DNA from: an uncultured delta proteobacterium
GTDB lineage: Bacteria > Desulfobacterota > Desulfobacteria > Desulfobacterales > SG8-13
Assembly (NCBI GenBank): GCA_963848135.1
Contig: CAWKCK010000005.1
Span: forward strand, 310,001-374,000
Direction of reading: 5' to 3'
Length of the DNA stretch: 64,000 nucleotides
Below, one piece after another: positions 40,293-48,684 of the stretch. Position 1 is the first letter of the stretch. The number at the start of each line of letters is the position of its first letter. A program made the position numbers and the translations under genes. The notes below the pieces were generated by a model, which was not told the DNA's origin, did not search any database, and saw only the letters and a program-made list of their open reading frames with translations.

Positions 40293-41619
40293 GAGGGTGT
40301 TCATAATTTTGTGTCAGTCAAATAAAAAGCTGATATATAAAGCTAAAAGGAGACTGACATGGCAAAAGACGACAGCGAATTTGATTTCCAGAAAGCCCTC
40401 AAAGCCATCCAATCAGGCAAGCCCCTCACCGGTAAAGACGGGGTTCTCACCCCACTGATAAAGAATCTGACAGAAGCAGCCCTCGAAGGGGAGATAGACT
40501 CCCACCTCGGCCAGGAGATAGCTGCCAACCGCAGGAATGGCAAGAGCAAAAAGACGATCAAGACTCTCAATGGATCTTTTGAACTCGACACACCGCGCGA
40601 TCGCGCCGGTACATTTTCGCCCAAGCTGATCAAAAAGCACCAAACGACCCTCAGTGATGAGATTGAAGAAAAAATCCTGGCCCTGTATGGCCTGGGGATG
40701 AGCTATCAAGATATATCCGCCCATCTTGAGGATATCTATGGCATTGAGGTCTCAAAGGGCACCCTGACGGCGATTACCGATAAAATCATCCATACAGTAA
40801 AAGAGTGGCAGGCCCGGGCATTAGAATCGATTTATCCCATTGTCTGGCTGGATGCCATTCACTACAAAATTCGTGAGGACGGCAAGGTCTTCAGCAAAGC
40901 TGTTTACACGATCCTTGGTGTCAATATTGAAGGCCGCAAAGAAGTCCTTGGGCTGTATATTTCAGAGAACGAAGGGGCCAACTTCTGGTTGCAGGTTCTG
41001 ACCGATCTATCCAACCGAGGTGTTGACGATATCCTGATCGCCTGTATCGATGGTCTTAAGGGATTTCCGGAAGCCATCGAAACAATCTTTCCCCAAACGG
41101 AAGTCCAACTTTGTGTTGTGCATCAAATTCGCAACACCTTGAAATATGTTGGTTCAAAGAATCAAAAAGAATTCATGGTCGATCTCAAGCGAGTATACAA
41201 GGCCACTAACAAGGATTTGGCCGAGTCTGAGTTAGACAGGCTTGAAGACAAGTGGAACAACAAATATCCAATTGTCATCAAATCCTGGCGAAACAACTGG
41301 GAGCGGCTCAGTCAATTTTTCAAGTATCCGGATGATATTCGAAGGATCATTTACACGACCAACACCATTGAGGCGGTTCACCGGCAATTCCGAAAATTAA
41401 CCAAGACCAAAGGGGCTTTCCCAAACCAGGACAGCCTGCTCAAACTGCTCTATATGGGTATTCAGAATGCCAGTAAAAAATGGACGATGCCGGTTCAAAA
41501 CTGGTCTTTGACCATATCTCAGTTAGCCATATTTTTTGAAGGAAGGCTGGATAAAGAATTAAGGCTCTGATATGATTGCTAATCAAAAAACAGGCTGACA
41601 CAGAATATTGAACACTCCC
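40293..41619 (+). mobile_element. IS256-family insertion sequence, copy 2
   Basis: Same IRs as copy 1; 8-bp TSD CGCAACCC (40285-40292, 41620-41627); inserted into a heptamer tract. Confidence 0.95.
40359..41570 (+). CDS. IS256-family transposase
   Basis: Protein identical to 26472-27683. Confidence 0.95.
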   Translation: MAKDDSEFDFQKALKAIQSGKPLTGKDGVLTPLIKNLTEAALEGEIDSHLGQEIAANRRNGKSKKTIKTLNGSFELDTPRDRAGTFSPKLIKKHQTTLSDEIEEKILALYGLGMSYQDISAHLEDIYGIEVSKGTLTAITDKIIHTVKEWQARALESIYPIVWLDAIHYKIREDGKVFSKAVYTILGVNIEGRKEVLGLYISENEGANFWLQVLTDLSNRGVDDILIACIDGLKGFPEAIETIFPQTEVQLCVVHQIRNTLKYVGSKNQKEFMVDLKRVYKATNKDLAESELDRLEDKWNNKYPIVIKSWRNNWERLSQFFKYPDDIRRIIYTTNTIEAVHRQFRKLTKTKGAFPNQDSLLKLLYMGIQNASKKWTMPVQNWSLTISQLAIFFEGRLDKELRL

Positions 41620-42110
41620 CGCAACCCGCAACACTCAACACCAATCCCCAAACACAAAACACCAAATACCATTTTTTTCCCTTTCACTGTTCACCTTTGA
41701 GCTCAATTCCCGGTTTCCACTGGCGCGAAGCGCCTAACCCGCACCTCGCAACCCGTAACACGCAACTCGCAACGCTACTCTCGTAACCCGCAACGCGGCA
41801 AACCAAACACAAAACACCAAATACCAAACATTCTCTCGTTGCTTTCAGTTCTCTGCCTACTTCCAGCTTTTAGCCCTTTACCCGCAACACGTAACTCGTA
41901 ACGCGTAACTTGATGGTTACTCCTTTCCCCTCTCACCTGGCGCGAAGCGCCCTACCCGCACCTCGCAACCCGGAACGTTGAACCCGGAACCCTGAACTTT
42001 GAACCCGCATCTTGATTTTTATTCCTTTCAGCATTGAGCATTGACCTTTGAGCTTTCTCCCCTTCCTTTGATCATTCAGCTTTCAGCTTCGAGCTCCAAC
42101 TCCAATTCCC
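41620..42110 (+). repeat. Heptamer-mosaic tract G (continues 40236-40292)
   Basis: Longest tract, with two cycles of GCAACYC > CAAAYAC > TTTYAGC > GGCGCGAAGCGCC (41722, 41939). Confidence 0.85.
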
Positions 42111-42458
42111 CTTTTGAGAAATTAATTCCAATCTTATGCAGATTTATTATTTTCACGGCATTAATATTGCAGCAAATTCAACCGAAATATAGTGATTGTC
42201 AAAAAGAACGCTCCGTTATTTGAACGTTTTTTCTTTACAACCACTTATATCGCCCTTCTATATATCGGAATGTATTTTTGAAAAGCAGTATAATACTTCC
42301 TTAAAAGAATACATGCCAATTCAATAAGTTTATGGCATCTCACAATTTTGGTGAATTTATGGTTACGAAAAAATGACAGTAAAGTGTTTAGACATTCGAT
42401 TATGAAATAGGAATTTAATCTATTGGTACAGACAACGCACCAGCAAAGGAATAATATA

Positions 42459-44093
42459 ATGAGGCGGTTCAAGCAGCAAAGCATAAATGTATTTACGTCT
42501 TTTATACTTACTTTGCTCTTGTCATGCGGAGGTGGCAACGGCGGTAACGGCGGTGACAGCAGCGGCGTTTTGACAGCCACTAACCATACGCCTACGGCCG
42601 TTTTAAGAACCTCTGTTATTAACGGGCTTTACGTCACTTTTGATGCCATTGGTTCATCCGATCCGGATGGCGACCCCCTCACCTTCAATTGGGATTTTGG
42701 CGATGGAAATACTGGAAATGGAAGAATATGCACCTACACGTATAATGCCCCTGGTGCATACACCGTCACTATTACAGTCAGCGATGGGCAATTGAGCGAT
42801 ATCGCCACTCAAACGATCACAGTCGTTCAATCTGCCGTTGCTTTCCCGCAGCCATTCGATGTTAATGCCCTATACGTAGAAGACATTTATGTGGCACTGC
42901 CGCCCACAGGAAGCGACAGCAGTGGCAACGGAAGCCTTGCCGCTCCGTTTGCCACCATCCGTCATGCACTCTCACAAGCGGCGTCAGGCAGTCGTATCCG
43001 TGTGCAGGCCGGCACATACGGCGTTATCGGCTCAGTGGCTGACGTTCATGGCACTGAAACCTACCCCATACTCGTCACGACCGATGGCCAGGTCGTCATT
43101 GATGCCGGCGGTTCGGGCAGCGGCATGCAGATCAGCAACGTATCTTACCTCGTCATTGAAGGGTTAATCTTTCAGAACACCGGTATACACGGATTGAATA
43201 TCGACGACGGCAGCGACTACGCCACTCCCAGCCATCACGTCGTGTTCAGAAACGTCTCCTTTCGAAACATAGGCAGTGGCGGCAACAATGACTGTCTGAA
43301 GATGTCAGGTGTTGACGATTTCTACATCACAGGTTGTGAATTCCAGGAGTGCGATCGAGGTGAGGCCATCGACATGGTCGGCTGCCACGACGGGATCATT
43401 ACCGGCAATTTCTTCCACGATGTTGTGCAAAATGGCGTGCAGACCAAGGGTGGCAGCGCCGACGTGCTCATCCATGGCAATCGTTTCGAAGATATTCCCC
43501 AGCGGGCCATAAATGCGGGAGGCAGCACGGGAAGCCCCTACTTTCGCCCCTTGAATGCCGAATACGAAGCGGCCCGTATTCAGATGGTCGGCAACACCTT
43601 CCTGCGAACCGGCTCAACTCCGGTGGCGTTCGTTGGTTGTGATACGTGCGTGTTTGCCAATAACACCATCATCGAACCCCTCAGCTATGTTGCCCGGATA
43701 CTGGAAGAGAACACCAGCCGGACTGCAGGCCGCGATGGTTATTTTATCAACAATCTTTTGATGTTCAACACCGCTGACATCAACAGCTGGTCTTATGTCA
43801 ATGTCGGACCCAACACCCGGCCCGACACATTCATCTTCGGCTGGAATTTATGGTATGCATTGGATGATCCAGGTTTCAGCGGTCCTGTCTACCAAGGTGG
43901 CTTGCCGGCCGAGTCCAACGCAGTTATACAGCAGGATCCCCTTCTAACCAATTTGGCTGGCGGCGATTTTCACATTATGCAGGGCAGTCCCGCCCAGGGC
44001 GCCGGCCGCAACGTTCCGCGGGGTGCAATGGCCGATTTCGACTATGCACCCTTCAACGATCCACCCAGCATTGGAGCCTTCGAAGTACAATAA
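42459..44093 (+). CDS. Lipoprotein with PKD domain and right-handed parallel beta-helix
   Basis: Lipobox LLSC; PKD motif SSDPDGD...WDFGDG; GSDSSGNGS..PFATI; beta-helix repeats; C-terminal IGAFE. Confidence 0.85.
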   Translation: MRRFKQQSINVFTSFILTLLLSCGGGNGGNGGDSSGVLTATNHTPTAVLRTSVINGLYVTFDAIGSSDPDGDPLTFNWDFGDGNTGNGRICTYTYNAPGAYTVTITVSDGQLSDIATQTITVVQSAVAFPQPFDVNALYVEDIYVALPPTGSDSSGNGSLAAPFATIRHALSQAASGSRIRVQAGTYGVIGSVADVHGTETYPILVTTDGQVVIDAGGSGSGMQISNVSYLVIEGLIFQNTGIHGLNIDDGSDYATPSHHVVFRNVSFRNIGSGGNNDCLKMSGVDDFYITGCEFQECDRGEAIDMVGCHDGIITGNFFHDVVQNGVQTKGGSADVLIHGNRFEDIPQRAINAGGSTGSPYFRPLNAEYEAARIQMVGNTFLRTGSTPVAFVGCDTCVFANNTIIEPLSYVARILEENTSRTAGRDGYFINNLLMFNTADINSWSYVNVGPNTRPDTFIFGWNLWYALDDPGFSGPVYQGGLPAESNAVIQQDPLLTNLAGGDFHIMQGSPAQGAGRNVPRGAMADFDYAPFNDPPSIGAFEVQ

Positions 44094-44184
44094 AATCAGA
44101 AAAACGAGTCTCGCAGAGAAAACAAGGGTTTCTGAAAGTGATTTCATTTAAGCAAAAAATCATTTGCCATTTTCCGGTCAGGCT

Positions 44185-44365
44185 TCCCGCTACCGCAACG
44201 CGCCTCACTCGCAACCCGTAACGCGCGACACGGATCACCAAACACAAATGACGAATCGCAAAATACATATCCCAAATAAAAAATACTAAAGACCAATTAC
44301 AAAACACCAAACACCGCCCTTTTGGCCCTCCCCTTCCTTTGAGTATTGAGCTTTGAGCTCACTAT
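44185..44365 (+). repeat. Heptamer-mosaic tract H
   Basis: GCAACCC, CAAACAC/CAAATAC and TTTGAGC runs. Confidence 0.75.
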
Positions 44366-44650
44366 CCGCGCCCCTGCCACCCCGTGGTATTATCCAATAT
44401 TATTGATTATTTATGCCATTTTTGCTATTATTATGCCATCTTTTTTGTTCGAGATCTCAAAAACCGAGGTGGATGGCAATAAATGCCAAATCAGCAGCTC
44501 ACGATGGAGAGGCTCATGATTCTCTCCCTTTTCTTTTACCGAATGAATCATGGCCTTGTTAGTACCCGTCCGCTCGACATGTGGGTGAATGGTAAAAAAT
44601 AGTATCTATCTTGGTCCATCTGTGTGGTTCCGTGTCCAAAATTTAATTTT

Positions 44651-45436
44651 ATGGCAAGAAAAAACCAATCCATCCTAAATCAACTCGCCGTCCTCCCCTG
44701 GTGGGTCAGCCTGTTGATGGCTGCTATTCTGTACATCTTTCTAAAGACCATTCTACCGAATATTTCTTTCGGCAATTGGGTTATAGATGCATTTGCCAAT
44801 GCCGCCACGATATTTGCCCCTATAATTTCTCTCATTTTGGTCATCACCTCAGCCGCTGCGGCTTTCAACCAAATGCGTAAAAGCAAAATGCTGGAGTCGG
44901 TTTCGGGGCCGGATTCAATTCAAAACCTGAGTTGGCGGGAGTTCGAGGAGCTCGTTTCCGAGGCCTTCAGGCGCAGGGGGTATTTTGTGCTGGAAAACCC
45001 GGACAAAGGACCTGATGGCGGAGTAGATATAAGGCTGAGGAAAAACGGCCAGCTGGTCTTCGTTCAGTGCAAGCACTGGAAATCCAGGAAAGTCGGGGTA
45101 AAAATCATTCGGGAACTGTATGGCGTGATGACGGCAAAAAAGGTGGTTCATGGAATCGTTGTAACCTTCGGTGAGTTTACACCTGATGCCAAAGCTTTTG
45201 CTAAAGAAAATTCCATCCATTTGGTTGCCGGCAACCAGTTATTGAAATTAGTTTCTTCAGTGCAGAAGAATCAAAAAATAGTAGAAACCGATAACACCAA
45301 AAAGGTTCCAAGCTGCCCGAAATGCGGAAAGAATATGGTTTTAAGGACTGCAAAGAAAGGTAAGTTTGCAGGCCGAGAATTTTGGGGGTGTACAAGTTTT
45401 CCGGATTGTCGTGGTCTTTTGGCTTATGAAGCATAG
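44651..45436 (+). CDS. Membrane-anchored Mrr-like restriction endonuclease with C-terminal topoisomerase-type C4 zinc finger
   Basis: 2 TM segments; SWREFEELV, DGGVDI, VQCKHW; CPKCG...FWGC..FP.C. Confidence 0.88.
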   Translation: MARKNQSILNQLAVLPWWVSLLMAAILYIFLKTILPNISFGNWVIDAFANAATIFAPIISLILVITSAAAAFNQMRKSKMLESVSGPDSIQNLSWREFEELVSEAFRRRGYFVLENPDKGPDGGVDIRLRKNGQLVFVQCKHWKSRKVGVKIIRELYGVMTAKKVVHGIVVTFGEFTPDAKAFAKENSIHLVAGNQLLKLVSSVQKNQKIVETDNTKKVPSCPKCGKNMVLRTAKKGKFAGREFWGCTSFPDCRGLLAYEA

Positions 45437-45458
45437 GCACGGTTGAGGACAGTAATAT

Positions 45459-46217
45459 ATGCAAATCAGAATCTTTTTATTCTTGCTGACATTATCGTTT
45501 AGTAATTTCGCTTTAGCCGATACGATTGTTCTGAATAATGGCCGGCGGATTGAAGTCGAAAGGGCGGGGGAAGATAGCAGCCAGATAAAGGGGACGGTTT
45601 ATGGCGCAACCATTGGTTATCCGAAGGATCAGGTCAAAAGTGTTGAGCGCGAGCGTAGTAGCCAAAATGTTGAAGAAGATATGATTGGGTTTGATGTCTG
45701 GACATTGGGGATGACCATTAACGAAATGATGATTGTAGCTGAAAGAAACGGCATTCCTTTACGAAAAGAAGGCCTCAACGGCGTCAATAAACACTTTCAC
45801 CCTTCCGTTCGAAAACATGCCGAAAACGCCACTCAATTTTATTACGATAGTGAACTAATGGGTCGTTGGGCAAAGGTTAAACTAAATTTCACACCTACAA
45901 GTAAAAAACTGTCGAAGATCACAGTACACTGGTGGGGTCTTAACGCTAATAATAGGAAAAATTTTAAGGATGAAATCGAAGAATTGCTCTTCAATAAATA
46001 TAGCGCACCTAAGCGTCGATCGAAGGAAAATCTATTTTCCGTGAAGACTGAATGGGATGTTCTTAGTACAGGTACTATCACGATACGGACAAGCAGCAGT
46101 ACTTTGGATGTTGAATATTCTGATAGCGAAATGGTCAGGCAGGAACAGACAGAGATCCAAGATATTAAAGGAAAAAATAAGGAGCGTTATCGGTCTAAAG
46201 ATAAGGGCAAATTTTAA
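45459..46217 (+). CDS. Hypothetical exported protein
   Basis: Signal peptide (ALA-D) followed by DTIVLNNG. Confidence 0.72.
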   Translation: MQIRIFLFLLTLSFSNFALADTIVLNNGRRIEVERAGEDSSQIKGTVYGATIGYPKDQVKSVERERSSQNVEEDMIGFDVWTLGMTINEMMIVAERNGIPLRKEGLNGVNKHFHPSVRKHAENATQFYYDSELMGRWAKVKLNFTPTSKKLSKITVHWWGLNANNRKNFKDEIEELLFNKYSAPKRRSKENLFSVKTEWDVLSTGTITIRTSSSTLDVEYSDSEMVRQEQTEIQDIKGKNKERYRSKDKGKF

Positions 46218-46262
46218 GGCCAATTCTATATTAAGCCTTATTTCATCGACTTGTTAACTGGC

Positions 46263-46291
46263 CGCGGGTTCGACTCCCGCCGCCTCCACCA
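46263..46291 (+). other. ssrA: Orphan tmRNA (ssrA) 3'-end fragment, att-like scar
   Basis: CGCGGG-TTCGACT-CCCGC-CGCCTCC-A-CCA gives a T-arm plus an acceptor strand with U70 and an A discriminator. No 5' half is present upstream. Confidence 0.65.
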
Positions 46292-46472
46292 TTTTCTTAT
46301 TATAAAAACAATCAGTTAGCAATTTTCTGATTGTTTTTTTGGTTGTAGGTATGTTGTATGTAGGTCATTGATTGTTGGATAAACCTGGCATCCCTTGCCT
46401 GACTTTGGAAATACCTTTCAAAAGCTTTATTTGTTGAGTGACCTGCACCCTGTTTGATCTGTTCAGGGGTCA

Positions 46473-47284
46473 ATGGTTGGCAAAATCCGTTGGAATGACC
46501 CTCGCTTGGCCCACGAGGGCTCCAGGAGCATCAAAGTCAGACTGGAAGAAATTTGGTACCCTTATGTTTACTTCTCAAGCTTACTAAAGCAATGGTCACC
46601 CGCGTTAAGGTTTGCTAAAGTATTGCCCGACGGGGAGGTTGTTTACAGAATAAATATACGGGGGAATTTTCTCAACCATTGAAATTGAAAAATTACCCGT
46701 TTGACCGGCAGGTTATCAGAATTCCCATAGTTACAGATTTCAGCGAAGAAGATGTGGTTCTGCTTCCAGATCCCGAAGAACCCTCGTTTATTGCGGAGAC
46801 GGTTACCGTTACCGACTGGGATATAAAGAATTTTGGTGTCAGATCCATTGAGAGCCAGGTTAATCGGTATGAATTATCAAGCCGTTTCGATGTTTACTTT
46901 GAAGCTGACCGGCGGAGTGAATTCATCATCCTTACGTTTATTATTCCATTGGCTTTGATCGTCGGGATGTCATGGATCGTTTTCTGGATTGACCCCAGGG
47001 AAATCAGGAGCCAGTTCAGCGTGTCGGTGACAACGGTTTTGACACTGATCGCCTATTACATTATGTTGACATCGAGACTGCCGGAAATTCCCTATTTGAC
47101 CCGCATGAATTTCTATGTTTTCGGGTCAACCATCATCGTTTTCGCAAGCTTATTGGAGGTCGTGGTAACATCGCGCCTATCAGTAACCGGCCGGTTGAAC
47201 ATCGGCCGTAGGATAGACCTTATATGTCGCTTGCTTTTTCCGCTTTCTTTTGCCCTTGTTGTCATTTTTTCGTTTTTTACCTGA
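46473..47284 (+). pseudogene. Pentameric ligand-gated ion channel (GLIC/ELIC-like), 5'-truncated and frameshifted
   Basis: Motifs WNDPRL, IWYP, PDGEV, NYPFDRQ, 4 TM segments and LPEIPYLT. The frame break is at the T run near 46667-46670. Confidence 0.78.
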
Positions 47285-47462
47285 TAATCAGCAATTAAAT
47301 TCTATGCCTTTGATCGGTTGTTTTTTATTGTTTCAGTGTTTTGTCGGTATTTTTTATGGTTTTTTGTCTCCAATTCTGCTCACTATTCGACATTTCAAGG
47401 TGAGGGAGTTGTCGGACAGGCTCTATGTATTACACTATTCCATCAAGCCTTTTAATTTCAAG

Positions 47463-48635
47463 ATGATTTCAACTACGTCCAATAGGTATGGATTAACGAT
47501 ATTTCAGCGCCATGGGTTTGTTTACAGAACCTTTGCTTTTACTCTTTCCATTGCACTGCACAGACGGCATTTCGTCACCAGTTTACTTATAGGCGTTGGG
47601 TTGATGGTTCTGTCTGGCTGCACGCCAAAACCGATGATCCCGTATTCCACCGAAACGCCTCCGATGATCCTAGTTCCTGCGTCCATAGCCGGTGTCGTTG
47701 ATAGCCGCGCCCGGTTTCGGGAAATCTACTGCGCGGTTACAAACGAGCGCGGCCCTGAGATGCCGGATTACCGTCCCTGCGAAGAAGCCCTTGTCACATT
47801 GGCAAACGAGCCTTCACCCCCGGGCATACCCGTTGATTTGGGGGTCAGTAGTTCCCCTCTGAGGATATTGATTGTTTTTGGGCTTGGGGCAAAATGCATC
47901 GAAAAGTTCGTCGACCAGCAAATGACTGTGGTCGAGCACCTCGCCCAGTTTGGTCACACGGTCGAGCCATTAGAGGTTGAAGCCATCTCAAGCAGCGCCC
48001 GAAATGCCAGTATTATCCGGGAGACTGTTATGGCGATGCGTGCTACAGAAGATGAACGCCTGGTGCTCGTGAGATACTCAAAGGGAGTTCCAGACATCCT
48101 CGAAGCAGTGACAACCTATCCGGATTTGCAACAAAGAGTCACGGCAGTTGTGAGCATCTCCGGTTCCGTGGGGGGGTCTCCGTTGGCCAACACCGCAACC
48201 CAGTCAATGCTAAACCTTCTGCAATATTTTCCGGATGCCGAGTGTGACCCGGGTGATGAAGGCGGACTCGAGAGTCTCAAACCGGATGCACGTAAGAGGT
48301 GGTTGGCAGACCACCCTTTGCCCGAATCGATCCGGTATTACTCGATCATAACTTATCCCGATGCCGAAAATATCTCTTCCATACTGAAGGGTAGTTACGA
48401 TAAGTTGAGTCAGGTCGATTCGCGCAACGACAGCCAGATGATCTATTACGATCAGCTGATACCGGGAAGTGTTCTGCTGGGCTACCTGAACGCCGATCAC
48501 TGGGCCGTGGCGGTTCCAATCAACCGAACGCACTCCTTACTCGCATCGACTTTAATCGACAAAAACGCCTTCCCGCGTGAGGTGTTGGTTGAGGCGATTG
48601 TCAGATTTGTCGAAGAAGATTTAAATCGGAGATAG
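47463..48635 (+). CDS. Putative alpha/beta-hydrolase-fold lipoprotein (start uncertain)
   Basis: Lipobox LSGC; nucleophile-elbow-like RYSKG; GGSPLA; ND-QM; ADHWA. Confidence 0.65.
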   Translation: MISTTSNRYGLTIFQRHGFVYRTFAFTLSIALHRRHFVTSLLIGVGLMVLSGCTPKPMIPYSTETPPMILVPASIAGVVDSRARFREIYCAVTNERGPEMPDYRPCEEALVTLANEPSPPGIPVDLGVSSSPLRILIVFGLGAKCIEKFVDQQMTVVEHLAQFGHTVEPLEVEAISSSARNASIIRETVMAMRATEDERLVLVRYSKGVPDILEAVTTYPDLQQRVTAVVSISGSVGGSPLANTATQSMLNLLQYFPDAECDPGDEGGLESLKPDARKRWLADHPLPESIRYYSIITYPDAENISSILKGSYDKLSQVDSRNDSQMIYYDQLIPGSVLLGYLNADHWAVAVPINRTHSLLASTLIDKNAFPREVLVEAIVRFVEEDLNRR

Positions 48636-48684
48636 CGTCTTTGTTCAACACATAAACGTTTCTTTAGAATCTGGGTGTTTCAGG

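Noticed and set aside
26423..41619. Composite transposon bounded by the IS256 pair
   Set aside because: Each copy has its own distinct TSD (GTCGGATA vs CGCAACCC), indicating independent insertions.
385..44365. Heptamer tracts as CRISPR arrays or DGR elements
   Set aside because: There is no constant 23-47 bp repeat with unique spacers, no cas genes, no reverse transcriptase and no TR/VR pair differing at adenines.
46263..46291. Complete tmRNA or tRNA gene
   Set aside because: The upstream sequence is a protein-coding gene end and spacer; no GGGGGCG 5' strand or tag reading frame was found.
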